Positions 9,434-18,406 of a stretch of 64,000 bases of DNA are shown here, piece after piece (the first letter of the stretch is position 1; each line of letters starts with the position of its first letter). The DNA comes from Gemmatimonadales bacterium (GTDB lineage: Bacteria; Gemmatimonadota; Gemmatimonadetes; Gemmatimonadales; GWC2-71-9), in the NCBI GenBank assembly GCA_041615815.1, contig JBFJCP010000011.1, positions 47,684 through 111,683 on the forward strand. Reading direction: 5' to 3'. Position numbers and translations under genes: made by a program. The notes under the pieces were generated by a model. It ran no database searches. It saw only the letters and a program-made list of their open reading frames with translations, and was not told where the DNA came from.

Positions 9434-10935
9434 TTCATCGATATACGTACCGCGTCGCGTTTCCGGCCTTCGCCGTTGCCCTTGTGGCGTGTTCTGAACC
9501 ACCGCCGCCACCCGTGTATCAAGCGGTTCCCGTTGCCAGCCGCGACATCATCGTCTCGGTGAGCGCTGCCGGAACCGTAGAGCCGGTTACCACCGTCGAC
9601 GTGAAGTCCAAGGCGTCCGGTGAGATCGTGGCTACCGCGGTCGAAACCGGCGACGTCGTGGATGCAGGAACGGTGTTGGTTCGGGTCGATCCCCGAACCC
9701 CGCGCAACGCCCTCGACGAGGCGGAGGCCGACCTCGAGGTGGCGCAGGCACAATTGACCAATGCCGAGTCGCAGCTCCGCAGAGCGCAGGAGCTGTACGG
9801 GACGCAGTCGATTACCGAACAGGAGTTCGAGGCGGCGAATCTCCAAGCTGCCACGGCCAAGGCGCAGTTGGTTCGCGCCCAACGCTCCCTGGAAGACGCC
9901 CGGATCGCTTTCGAGGACACCGAGGTGCGGGCCCCCATCCATGGCGTCGTCATCCAGAAGAGTGTCGAGGTGGGGACGGTCATCTCGTCCGCGACGCGGG
10001 AAGTGGGGGGTGGCACGGTGCTGCTCCAGATGGCGAACCTCGATACGGTCCAGGTCCGCACCCTGGTCGACGAAACCGATATCGGAAAGATCCAGCCAGG
10101 CCTCGACGTCACCATCACTGTCGATGCGTACCCCAACCAGCCGTTCCGCGGCGCCGTGTTGAAAATCGAACCCCAGGCCACAGTGCAGCAAAACGTGACC
10201 ATGTTCGCCGTGCTCATTCGCATCGCAAACCGCCAGGGACTTCTGCGACCGGGGATGAACGCCGAAGTGGAAGTGCACGTCGGTTCTCGGCAAGATGTTC
10301 TCGCCATTCCGAACGCGGCGCTGCGCACGCAGCGTGACGTCGCGTCCGGCGCGCAGGTGCTGGGTCTCGATCCGGAAGTCGTCGATCAACAGATTGCGGC
10401 GGCCCGGGAGGGCGCCGGTGCGGCGTCTCTCGCCGGCTCGATGGCAGGGTCCGAGGAAGCCGGTCCGGAAACCATCACGTTCGGTGGTCGTACCGTTGAA
10501 CTGCCGGAGGGCGTGACCGCCGAGCAGGTCCAGAGCATCTTCGGCAAAATGCGCTCCGGTGGCGGCCCGCAGGCGCTGTCGCAAGAGGAGCGAGCCATCA
10601 TGGCCCAGGTTCGCAACGCCATGGGCGGAGGGAACGCGGGCCGAGGTGCGCGGCGTGCCCAGGGCGGCGGCAGCGACTACCTGTTTGGCGGCAATTACAT
10701 CGTCTTCGTTCTGCGAAACGGCGAACCGCAGGCGGTGCCCATTCGTACTGGCCTTACGGACCTCGACTATTCCGAGGTCGTCTCAGGCCTCTCCGAGAGT
10801 GATACCGTGTTGATTCTCCCCTCCGCCAGCCTCGTCGCGAGCCAGGCGGAATGGCAGGAGCGTATCCAACGGGTCCGCGGCGGTGGTCTTCCGGGCGTGC
10901 AGCGACAATCGTCGGGATCCCAAGGAGGTCGGTGA
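9430..10935 (+). CDS. Efflux periplasmic adaptor (MacA-like membrane fusion protein)
   Basis: Lipobox [30 protein letters not shown] and LRPGMNA motifs; Gly-rich insertion near the C-terminus. Confidence 0.92.
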   Translation: MIHRYTYRVAFPAFAVALVACSEPPPPPVYQAVPVASRDIIVSVSAAGTVEPVTTVDVKSKASGEIVATAVETGDVVDAGTVLVRVDPRTPRNALDEAEADLEVAQAQLTNAESQLRRAQELYGTQSITEQEFEAANLQAATAKAQLVRAQRSLEDARIAFEDTEVRAPIHGVVIQKSVEVGTVISSATREVGGGTVLLQMANLDTVQVRTLVDETDIGKIQPGLDVTITVDAYPNQPFRGAVLKIEPQATVQQNVTMFAVLIRIANRQGLLRPGMNAEVEVHVGSRQDVLAIPNAALRTQRDVASGAQVLGLDPEVVDQQIAAAREGAGAASLAGSMAGSEEAGPETITFGGRTVELPEGVTAEQVQSIFGKMRSGGGPQALSQEERAIMAQVRNAMGGGNAGRGARRAQGGGSDYLFGGNYIVFVLRNGEPQAVPIRTGLTDLDYSEVVSGLSESDTVLILPSASLVASQAEWQERIQRVRGGGLPGVQRQSSGSQGGR

Positions 10936-12149
10936 TGCTTTTCGGCGAGATCATCGGGGTGGCCCTTGGCGCGATTCGGGCCAACAAGCTGCGATCGTTT
11001 CTCACCGCGCTCGGCATCGTGATCGGCGTGGGCGCCGTCATCACCATGGTTTCCTTGGGGAACGGCGCGCAGAAGGCCGTGCAAGAACAGATCGAATCCC
11101 TCGGAACCAACCTTCTGTCGATCTACCCCGGTCAGCGGTTTCGGGGAGGAGTGGCGAGTCAGGACCGTGAAAGCCTCACGTCAGACGACGCCGCCGCGCT
11201 CGAGCGCGATGCACGGGGCCTCTCCTCGGTGGTCCCGGAGCTTCGCGCCAACAAGCAGGTCAAGTACGGCAATCAGAACCTCAACGTGAGCGTCACCGGC
11301 ACGGTCACAGCCTACGCTCCGGTGAACAAATACGAGGTAGCCGTGGGATCGATGTTCACGGCTGGCGACGAAGCCGCGCGGAAGCGGGTGGCGGTGCTGG
11401 GCTACGCCATACCCATCATGTTGAACATCCGGCCTGAGATGCTCGTCGGCAAACAGGTGGACATCGGTGGCGTTCCTTTCGACATCATCGGGGTGCTGGC
11501 AGAAAAGGGCGCCCAGGGAAGCTGGCGCAACCCCGATGAGATCATTCTCGTTCCGCTCCAGACCGCACAGTTCCGGCTCATGGGAACGGACAGGCTGGGG
11601 TCGATTACGGTGGAAGTGGCCTACAGCGACTCGATCGCCACGGCAATGCTGGAGATCGAGCGCGTCATGCGGCGCGAGCATGCCATCCCCCCCGGTGGCG
11701 ACAACGACTTTCAGATTCTCAGGCGCTCGCAGTTCCTCGCGACCCTCGAGGATACGACCCAAACGTTCACCATCCTCCTCGCAAGCATCGCGGCGGTGAG
11801 CTTGCTGGTGGGTGGGATCGGCATCATGAACATCATGCTCGTGTCGGTGACGGAGCGCACCCGCGAGATCGGGGTGCGTAAGGCCCTGGGCGCCACGCGA
11901 AAGAACATTCTGCTCCAGTTCCTCGTCGAGGCGCTCGTTCTCTGCATGCTCGGCGGCGTACTGGGCATCATGTTCGGCTCTGGCGGAGCCATCGCGCTGT
12001 CACGATTGGCCAACTGGAACACGTTGCTCTCGCCGGGCGCCATCGTCCTCGCCTTCTTCTTCAGCGCGGCCGTGGGCATCTTCTTCGGACTTTGGCCGGC
12101 CAAACGCGCAGCGGCGTTGGATCCGATAGAAGCGTTGCGATACGAATGA
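10935..12149 (+). CDS. ABC transporter permease (MacB/FtsX family)
   Basis: NKLRSFLTALGIVIGV; GGIGIMNIMLVSVTERTREIGVRKALGA; LDPIEALRYE; TGATG overlap. Confidence 0.95.
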   Translation: MLFGEIIGVALGAIRANKLRSFLTALGIVIGVGAVITMVSLGNGAQKAVQEQIESLGTNLLSIYPGQRFRGGVASQDRESLTSDDAAALERDARGLSSVVPELRANKQVKYGNQNLNVSVTGTVTAYAPVNKYEVAVGSMFTAGDEAARKRVAVLGYAIPIMLNIRPEMLVGKQVDIGGVPFDIIGVLAEKGAQGSWRNPDEIILVPLQTAQFRLMGTDRLGSITVEVAYSDSIATAMLEIERVMRREHAIPPGGDNDFQILRRSQFLATLEDTTQTFTILLASIAAVSLLVGGIGIMNIMLVSVTERTREIGVRKALGATRKNILLQFLVEALVLCMLGGVLGIMFGSGGAIALSRLANWNTLLSPGAIVLAFFFSAAVGIFFGLWPAKRAAALDPIEALRYE

Positions 12150-12153
12150 CGAC

Positions 12154-12229
12154 GCGGGGTGGGCAGCCGGGAGCCAGGAGCGGTGACCGATGAATCCCGC
12201 TTCCGGCTCCCCACTCCCCGCTCCCCGCT
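12154..12229. repeat. Inverted array of 7-mer tandem units straddling the thrB start
   Basis: Left units gggcagcc-gggagcc-aggagcg; right units cgcttcc-ggctccc-cactccc-cgctccc; the ATG at 12190 lies in the loop. Confidence 0.7.
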
Positions 12230-13086
12230 TTCACGTCCGCGTCCCGGCCTCCACGTCCAACCTCGGCGCCGGGTTCGACTGCCTCGGCCTGGCGTTGGAT
12301 CTATGGTTAGACGCCCGAGTCGTGCCTGGGGGCGGACCACCGGTCTACCGAGCCGCGCTCGCCGAATTGGCACCAGAGTCGGACATTGTCACCGGTCTCA
12401 TCCGTGATCACCTTCCCACCGATCACCACCTCGAGCTGACATCGGACATTCCAGTCGGACGCGGGCTCGGCTCGTCGGCCGCCGCGATCGTTGCCGGAAT
12501 TGCACTCAAACATCTCTTGGAGGGCCAGCACGTGGATGAGGATCGCCTGTTCGAAGAGGCCAACACCCTCGAGGGACACCCCGATAACGTCGGACCGGCC
12601 GTCTACGGCGGGCTCGTCTGGTACACAAATCGGCCCAACCCGCTCACCATCCACCCGAGCCTCGCCATCGCGCTCGCGATTCCTCGGATCGCCGTCGACA
12701 CGAAGCAGGCGCGGGCGATGCTTCCCAAAGCCGTGAGTCGAGAGATCGCAGTTCGACAGGCCCGTGGTGCCGGTGCGTTGGTCCAGGGCTTGGTCACCGC
12801 CGATCCAGCGCTCATCGCTTTTGGCATGCAGGATCAGTTGGCGGTTCCCCACCGCCGCAAGCTCATACCCGGCTTCGACGCCGCGGTCGCGGCAGGTGAA
12901 GGGGCGGGAGCACACGGCGTGACCATTTCGGGTGCCGGCTCTACCGCGGTGGCGGTATGCCCCAACGCCCGTGCACGACCCGTGGCCGCCGCCATGGCCG
13001 CCGCGCTCACGAGCGCCGGCAACGATGCCCGTGCTCACCTTCCTCAGGTGTGTCCCACGGGATACGAGATCGCCACCACCCGCTGA
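12190..13086 (+). CDS. thrB: Homoserine kinase
   Basis: VRVPASTSNLGAGFDCLGLAL; IPVGRGLGSSAAA (GHMP motif); EGHPDNV; ISGAGST. Confidence 0.92.
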   Translation: MNPASGSPLPAPRFHVRVPASTSNLGAGFDCLGLALDLWLDARVVPGGGPPVYRAALAELAPESDIVTGLIRDHLPTDHHLELTSDIPVGRGLGSSAAAIVAGIALKHLLEGQHVDEDRLFEEANTLEGHPDNVGPAVYGGLVWYTNRPNPLTIHPSLAIALAIPRIAVDTKQARAMLPKAVSREIAVRQARGAGALVQGLVTADPALIAFGMQDQLAVPHRRKLIPGFDAAVAAGEGAGAHGVTISGAGSTAVAVCPNARARPVAAAMAAALTSAGNDARAHLPQVCPTGYEIATTR

Positions 13087-13167
13087 GCACCATGGCGAAT
13101 CCACTCACATGCTCCTGACAAAGCTCGAACACGCCTCGGATCGTCAGCCGGCCTCCGAGGATTAGTT

Positions 13168-14193
13168 TTGCACCTGTCATCGCGGGAGAGCCGATTGCAC
13201 CGAACCCTTCTCGCCCTCGTGGCGTTCGCAACGGTCCTCGGCTGCCGCCAGGATGAGCGTTCGGCGTCCACCACCCAACACGAGGACGGCGATCGTGCGA
13301 CCGTGGAGACCACCCCTTCCCCCCGAAGCGGCTTTGCACTCGCCTACAACGCACAGCGTGGTCGGCTGGTGTTGTTTGGGGGATCCGACTCCGCGAACCA
13401 ACGTCTTGGCGACACGTGGGAGTGGGACGGGCGGCGATGGTCTCAACGGGAGGTGCCCGGGCCAGACCCACGCAGCGACGCACAGATGACGTACGACAGT
13501 CGGCGGCATCGCGTCGTACTCTTCGGCGGGCTCACACCCGATGGCCGAATGGGCGATACGTGGGAGTATGATGGCTCTGCCTGGGCCCAAGTCGCGCACA
13601 GCGGCCCCAAGCCGCGCAACCTTGGCGCGATGGCGTTTGACGAGCAGCGCGGGCGCTCCGTGCTCTTTGGAGGCACCGGCCCGCAGCGGGAGCGTCTCGG
13701 TGGCACGTGGGAATGGGATGGCGAGCACTGGTCGCAGCAAAGCGATTCCGGCCCAGAGCCACGGGGCGCACACGCCATGGCATACCACGCGACCCGGGCC
13801 GCCGTCATGCTGTTCGGCGGCTACGACGGGAGTGCCACCCGTAAGGACTTGTGGGCGTGGGACGGGACGGCGTGGACGGCGGTGATGGGAGCCGATGCGC
13901 CGGTGCGGCTGCACCACGCTCTCGGCTATGACGCCGCCCGTGACCGGCTCGTGGTGTTCGGGGGGTTCGACGACGCGGGGCGGGTGGGTGATACGTGGGA
14001 ATGGGATGGCGTGCGCTGGACGCAAGCTTCCAAGGATGGCCCACCGGCGCGGGCCGAGCATGATGGAGTGTTCGTCCCGGGTATGGGACTTCTCGTGTTC
14101 GGTGGGGTCGTTGGTCAGGGAATGGCGCTTGCCGAGCGCGTCAAGGTGGCAGACCTCTGGTTGTGGAATGGCATGACCTGGGAGAAGCGATAG
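13168..14193 (+). CDS. Kelch-repeat beta-propeller lipoprotein
   Basis: About six repeats of YDxxRxRxVLFGG...DTWEWDG; lipobox VLGC; TTG start. Confidence 0.85.
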   Translation: MHLSSRESRLHRTLLALVAFATVLGCRQDERSASTTQHEDGDRATVETTPSPRSGFALAYNAQRGRLVLFGGSDSANQRLGDTWEWDGRRWSQREVPGPDPRSDAQMTYDSRRHRVVLFGGLTPDGRMGDTWEYDGSAWAQVAHSGPKPRNLGAMAFDEQRGRSVLFGGTGPQRERLGGTWEWDGEHWSQQSDSGPEPRGAHAMAYHATRAAVMLFGGYDGSATRKDLWAWDGTAWTAVMGADAPVRLHHALGYDAARDRLVVFGGFDDAGRVGDTWEWDGVRWTQASKDGPPARAEHDGVFVPGMGLLVFGGVVGQGMALAERVKVADLWLWNGMTWEKR

Positions 14194-14217
14194 CCTCCGA
14201 TACGTCCCTTCCGGCCG

Positions 14218-14745
14218 CTACTGCCCTCTTTGCCTCCCATTCAACCACTCCAACCTCGCGCCGATCTGCTTGGCGTGATGCCGGCAATGCACGTAATGAA
14301 AACGCACCCATTCGGGGAGATTGAGGTCCCCCACGATGGGGTGCCGCACGAACCGTTCGAGCTGGCGACTCTCAGGCCATGTCTCGGACAGGACCGCCAG
14401 ACGTTCTACTCCCATCCGGAACTGGGCCATCACCTGTTCGGGATCTGGCTCCTCATGGGGCTTGACGCGCTCGGGGGATTGAGCCCCGCTGGGGATCTTG
14501 CCGACTCCTAGCAACAAGTGACGGAGAATCGTCTGGTGCGGGGTTGCGCGCCGCTTCATGAGCGGCTTGTCCGCCCGTTGCTCGAACGCGGTGGCGACGA
14601 GATCGACGCCCATGGCAAGGTGCTGGAGAATTTGACAGACACTCCACTTTCCGTTGGGGGCCCGATGCCAGTCGGCTCCGGTCACCCCGTTCAGGGGCTC
14701 CAACACCAACGTGTCCAGACGCTCCAACTGATGACGTACTTTCAT
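14218..14745 (-). CDS. DinB family protein
   Basis: WSVCQILQHL, HPIVGDLNLPEW and HCRHHAKQI motifs; start overlaps the ridA-like stop. Confidence 0.85.
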   Translation of the reverse strand: MKVRHQLERLDTLVLEPLNGVTGADWHRAPNGKWSVCQILQHLAMGVDLVATAFEQRADKPLMKRRATPHQTILRHLLLGVGKIPSGAQSPERVKPHEEPDPEQVMAQFRMGVERLAVLSETWPESRQLERFVRHPIVGDLNLPEWVRFHYVHCRHHAKQIGARLEWLNGRQRGQ

Positions 14746-15188
14746 GGGGCACCACCTGTCATCGCGATGCATTCGATTTCGACCCGAGCGTCGAGAGCGA
14801 GGCCGCTCCCCGCTACCGTCGAGCGGGCCGGTGGATCCTTCATAAAGAACGTTCGATACACATCGTTCATGGCGGTGAATTCACCGATGTCTCGCAGGAA
14901 CACCGTACACTTGACTACCCGGTCCATAGAACTCCCCATTGCCTCCAACGCGGCCTTGATGTTCTCGAGCGTCTGACGCGTCTCCGGACCAATCCCTCCC
15001 GGAATGAGCTCCACCGTCCCCGGCAGCCTTCCTATCTCACCGGAGAGGAACAAGAGGTTACCAACACGCACCGCCGACGAAAACGGGAGCCCTGCAGGAG
15101 CACCGGGAAGCTGAATGACTTCCTTCTCTTGAGCGTGTAGCGGTCCGGCAATCATCAACACGAATAGGATCCTCAGGAATCTCGGCAT
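14742..15188 (-). CDS. RidA/YjgF/UK114 family protein with a predicted signal peptide
   Basis: PFSSAVRVGNLLFLSG, VVKCTVFL, MNDVY, PPARST and VEIE motifs. Confidence 0.9.
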   Translation of the reverse strand: MPRFLRILFVLMIAGPLHAQEKEVIQLPGAPAGLPFSSAVRVGNLLFLSGEIGRLPGTVELIPGGIGPETRQTLENIKAALEAMGSSMDRVVKCTVFLRDIGEFTAMNDVYRTFFMKDPPARSTVAGSGLALDARVEIECIAMTGGAP

Positions 15189-15336
15189 GTCTGTCTCACG
15201 GGTTCGACGGGTTTTCGGATCGGCGTCTCGTTTGCTTGGTCTTGCCTCATTCGCTACCCATGCTGCATCTACCAGCCCTGTATTCGGCAATCGGCACTCT
15301 CGTGGGTGCCCGTCCGCGCTTCACCTCTCAGCCTCG

Positions 15337-15591
15337 CTACATCTGTGCATCATCGATCGCCTTTACGATCGCATCGAAGAGCGCGGACTTGGGAGGCATG
15401 GCGCCCGTCTTGTCACGATGGATGTACCACTGGCACATCTCCGCCATCGCCATCGCCTCATCGTCGGAGAGGGTGACCGAGTACCTGTCGGCGTCCTTTC
15501 GGGCATGGTCCACGCGTCGCCGGAGATTGTCGGGGATTTCCGGTGTGTTGCGGAGGGCGTCGAGCATCTCGGTGGTCATCTGCACTTCCAT
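15337..15591 (-). CDS. Small hypothetical protein (84 aa)
   Basis: GAGGAG SD; protein-like composition (MEVQMTTEMLDALRNTPEIP...CQWYI...). Confidence 0.7.
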   Translation of the reverse strand: MEVQMTTEMLDALRNTPEIPDNLRRRVDHARKDADRYSVTLSDDEAMAMAEMCQWYIHRDKTGAMPPKSALFDAIVKAIDDAQM

Positions 15592-15610
15592 GCGTAGCAA
15601 CTCCTCTTGC

Positions 15611-16096
15611 TCATCGCTCCATCGAGCCCGTGACGGCGATTTTCCACCCTTGCCGCGTCCTGACGAACACCCGCTCCGAGATCCCCCTAGTCGTGTCTCC
15701 TTCGAGCACCGCGATGTACTCGAACGCCGCCCAAACGACACCTGGCGCTATCCAGACCAGTGTGGGATCGCCGGCAATCAGCGTGTCCGGCCAGTCCGCG
15801 CTCGCTCTACGCGCTTCGGCAAACAGCAGATAGCCCCGGCGAATCCCTTCCGCGGTGGCGACCGCGAGGTCCGGCGAGTCCACGTAGTGCGCAAGATAGG
15901 TTTCCGCATCACGCTGATGAATCGCCCCCAAGTTGCTTTCCAGAACCGCTGCCGCACCCGTCAGATCCTGCGCCCGCATGGCTTCGAGATTCGGACGGTT
16001 GCACGCCGCGGACACCAAGATCATGCCCATCGCGACACCGAATCGCCAGTGGGTGAGGGACGCCAGCCTCGTCCCGGAAACGGCCACGCCGCTCAA
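15611..16096 (-). CDS. NTF2/SnoaL-like (DUF4440-type) lipoprotein
   Basis: Lipobox SAAC; C-terminal RVFVRTRQGWKI. Start uncertain: TTG 16096 overlapping the upstream stop, or ATG 16030. Confidence 0.7.
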   Translation of the reverse strand: MSGVAVSGTRLASLTHWRFGVAMGMILVSAACNRPNLEAMRAQDLTGAAAVLESNLGAIHQRDAETYLAHYVDSPDLAVATAEGIRRGYLLFAEARRASADWPDTLIAGDPTLVWIAPGVVWAAFEYIAVLEGDTTRGISERVFVRTRQGWKIAVTGSMER

Positions 16097-17397
16097 TGCC
16101 GAGCCGTGGGAGCATCCCATGAGGGGTCGATTCCCCAGGCGTCGAGCATCTCGATTTGCGCGTTGCTCGGTGCTCGTTCTTGTTCGAGGCGCGCCGCCAC
16201 CGCTTCGACGTCGCGCATGACCCGAAGGGCATTGAGCCCGATCACCTTCTTGGCATCCTCGTCGCTCCATCCTCGGCGGAGCAGCTCGGCGATGAGCGCC
16301 GGAAAAGTCGAGACGTCCTCGAGTCCGATCGGCGGGACGTCAATGCCGTCGAGATCAGACCCCAGACCCACATGATCGACACCCGCTACGTCCCGGACGT
16401 GTTCGATGAGATCGGCCACCACTTTGATATCGGGACGCGGCATGGGGTGCGTTCTCGTCCAGGCTCGGACAGAATCTTGGGCGGCGACACTGTCACCCGT
16501 CGTTTCGAACACGCGCGTACGGAGGGCATTTCGCTCGAGTCCCCATTGCCGCGCTGGCTCGTGAATGAAGGAGGCAACGTAGTTCACCATCATGATGCCG
16601 CCATTATCCCGCAGAGCGCGGGTGACGTCGTCGGGTACGTTACGTTTGTGCGGCGTGAGGACGCGGGGCGATGAATGGGAGAAGATGACGGGGGCTTCGG
16701 TCACCCCGAGGACGTCCCACATGGTCGAATCCGAAACGTGCGAGATGTCGACGAGCATGCCGAGACGATTCATCTCCCGTACGACCTCTTCTCCAAAAGC
16801 CGTGAGGCCGCCGTGCACGAGCGTGTCGGTGGACGCGTCCGCCCAGTCCGTATTTCGAGAGTGGGTGAGCGTGAGATACCGGATGCCGAGACGGTGGAAG
16901 CCACGGAGGAGGGCAAGCGAGTTCTCGATCATGTGTCCGCCCTCGAGCCCGAGGAGCGATGCCACTTTCCCGGACCGGTGGATCCGCGTGATGTCGTCTG
17001 CCGTCAACGCTATCTCGAAGGCCTGGGGATAACGGGCCACCATACGGTACACGACATCCGTCTGCTCCATGCCGGCGCGAGCGGCGTTGTGCTTGTCGAA
17101 CGCGACCGGCGTGTAGATGGACCAGAACTGGCCTCCCACCAACCCGTCACGAAGCCGCGGAATGTCGGTCATGATTTGAGGCTGTGGGCGCGAGATATCC
17201 AGCGAATCGAAGCTCAGTCCATAATTGACCCGGAGCTCCCACGGCAGATCGTTGTGCCCGTCGATCAGCGGCACCTCGCGCATGAGGGCGCGAGCGCGCT
17301 CGAGATACGGATCACCGGCTTGGGCTGACGCACTGCAGCCGGCTACGGAAACGGTGAACGCCCACACCAACGCGATGACGAGAGTTGGACGAGTCAT
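16093..17397 (-). CDS. Membrane (renal-type, M19) dipeptidase, lipoprotein
   Basis: IDGHNDLPW, GGQFWS, LEGGH, LTLTH, DISHVS, FSHS and HVGLGSDLDG motifs. Confidence 0.93.
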   Translation of the reverse strand: MTRPTLVIALVWAFTVSVAGCSASAQAGDPYLERARALMREVPLIDGHNDLPWELRVNYGLSFDSLDISRPQPQIMTDIPRLRDGLVGGQFWSIYTPVAFDKHNAARAGMEQTDVVYRMVARYPQAFEIALTADDITRIHRSGKVASLLGLEGGHMIENSLALLRGFHRLGIRYLTLTHSRNTDWADASTDTLVHGGLTAFGEEVVREMNRLGMLVDISHVSDSTMWDVLGVTEAPVIFSHSSPRVLTPHKRNVPDDVTRALRDNGGIMMVNYVASFIHEPARQWGLERNALRTRVFETTGDSVAAQDSVRAWTRTHPMPRPDIKVVADLIEHVRDVAGVDHVGLGSDLDGIDVPPIGLEDVSTFPALIAELLRRGWSDEDAKKVIGLNALRVMRDVEAVAARLEQERAPSNAQIEMLDAWGIDPSWDAPTARH

Positions 17398-17627
17398 GAG
17401 CCTCCTTCTTCGCTGCGAGTCTCACCCAAATCGGGGGTGTAGCCGCTGCACTGCAGGACCGGCAACCGGGGGTACTTCGCAAATCGCCGATCGAGCTCGG
17501 ATCGCTTGCAGTACCAGAATGTCGAGCCACGGTTGTTTCGTATCATCCGACGGTACCGGCAAGTTGCGCATAGTCCTGCCCGGGTCTCGTCGTCAGTCGT
17601 GGTTTGGAGTCGCATCCGTTCCTGCAC
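17394..17627 (-). CDS. Small four-cysteine hypothetical protein
   Basis: GLCATCRY...GSTFWYCKRS...KYPRLPVLQCSGY; ATGA-coupled to the dipeptidase. Alternative start at 17615. Confidence 0.75.
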   Translation of the reverse strand: MQERMRLQTTTDDETRAGLCATCRYRRMIRNNRGSTFWYCKRSELDRRFAKYPRLPVLQCSGYTPDLGETRSEEGGS

Positions 17628-17629
17628 AC

Positions 17630-17642
17630 GGTTAAATTAACC
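17630..17642. promoter_or_regulatory. Symmetric AT-rich element, candidate bidirectional -10 box
   Basis: GGTTAA-A-TTAACC in a 19-bp divergent gap; TAAATT on + and TAATTT on -. Confidence 0.55.
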
Positions 17643-17646
17643 CGTC

Positions 17647-17898
17647 ATGAGCGACGTCAACTGCGTACGCTGTGGGCAACCCGGCGCAAGATTGGCCGCA
17701 CCACCCCTTCCGAACGAGCTCGGCGGACGGATCTACGACTCGATCTGTCAGCGGTGTTGGGGCGAGTGGCTGCAGCATCAGACCGCGATGATCAACCACT
17801 ATGGCCTCGATCTGCGAGAGGCTGAGGCCCGGAAGTTCCTGACCGAACAGACGGAGCAGTATCTCTTTGGCCAACCGAAAGCCCCCTCCTCGGGCTAA
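17647..17898 (+). CDS. yggX: Fe(II)-trafficking / oxidative damage protection protein (YggX family)
   Basis: VNC...PPLPNELGGRIYDSICQRCWGEWLQHQTAMINHYGL...ARKFL...YLF matches the YggX pattern. Confidence 0.88.
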   Translation: MSDVNCVRCGQPGARLAAPPLPNELGGRIYDSICQRCWGEWLQHQTAMINHYGLDLREAEARKFLTEQTEQYLFGQPKAPSSG

Positions 17899-18406
17899 GG
17901 CCCACGTCGGCCTCGTCGTGAATGGCGAGCCGACGGAGGTTTCGTTCGCCCCCCACAAAACGCTCCTCGAAGTTCTTCGAGAAGATCTTGACCTCACCGG
18001 CACGAAGCATGGGTGCGAGCTTGGTGAATGCGGCACCTGCGCGGTCTTGGTGGACGGGCAACCGGTGCTCTCGTGCCTCGTGTTGGGGCTGGCCTGCGAG
18101 GGCCACGAAGTCCGTACCGTCGAGGGGATGCGGGATGGACCAGACCTCCATCCATTGCAGCAGGCTTTCGCGGAACTCGGTGCTGCCCAATGTGGCTACT
18201 GCACACCGGGGTTCCTGCTGACCGCCGAAGCGCTACTGCGCCACAACCCATCGCCTTCCCGAGAAGAGATCAAGCACGCGCTCGCTGGAAATCTCTGCCG
18301 CTGCACCGGATACATCAAAATCTACGAGGCGGTGGAGCTGGCCGCTGCCCGCATTCGCGGCGAGCACGCCGAGCCAGCGCGAGAGGCCGTGTATGGACGG
18401 GAGTAA
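17867..18406 (+). CDS. 2x[2Fe-2S] subunit of a xanthine-oxidase-family molybdoenzyme (HcrC-like)
   Basis: GTKHGCELGECGTCAV...SC; QCGYCTPG; NLCRCTGY. Confidence 0.93.
   Translation: MANRKPPPRAKAHVGLVVNGEPTEVSFAPHKTLLEVLREDLDLTGTKHGCELGECGTCAVLVDGQPVLSCLVLGLACEGHEVRTVEGMRDGPDLHPLQQAFAELGAAQCGYCTPGFLLTAEALLRHNPSPSREEIKHALAGNLCRCTGYIKIYEAVELAAARIRGEHAEPAREAVYGRE

Noticed and set aside
9376..10584. Long antisense or alternate-frame ORFs (e.g. 9376-10584, 18315-19622, 15236-16375, 60158-61324)
   Set aside because: Shadow ORFs expected in high-GC coding DNA; no motifs, and they overlap well-supported genes.
13320..14190. Recurring TGGGARTGGGAYGG DNA repeats (CRISPR-like?)
   Set aside because: They are the codons of Kelch WEWDG repeats inside a CDS, with no constant repeat-spacer structure.
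14194..14240. Degenerate period-8 tracts after the Kelch gene and at about 15313-15352
   Set aside because: Possibly decayed members of the octamer repeat family, but too degenerate to support by eye.
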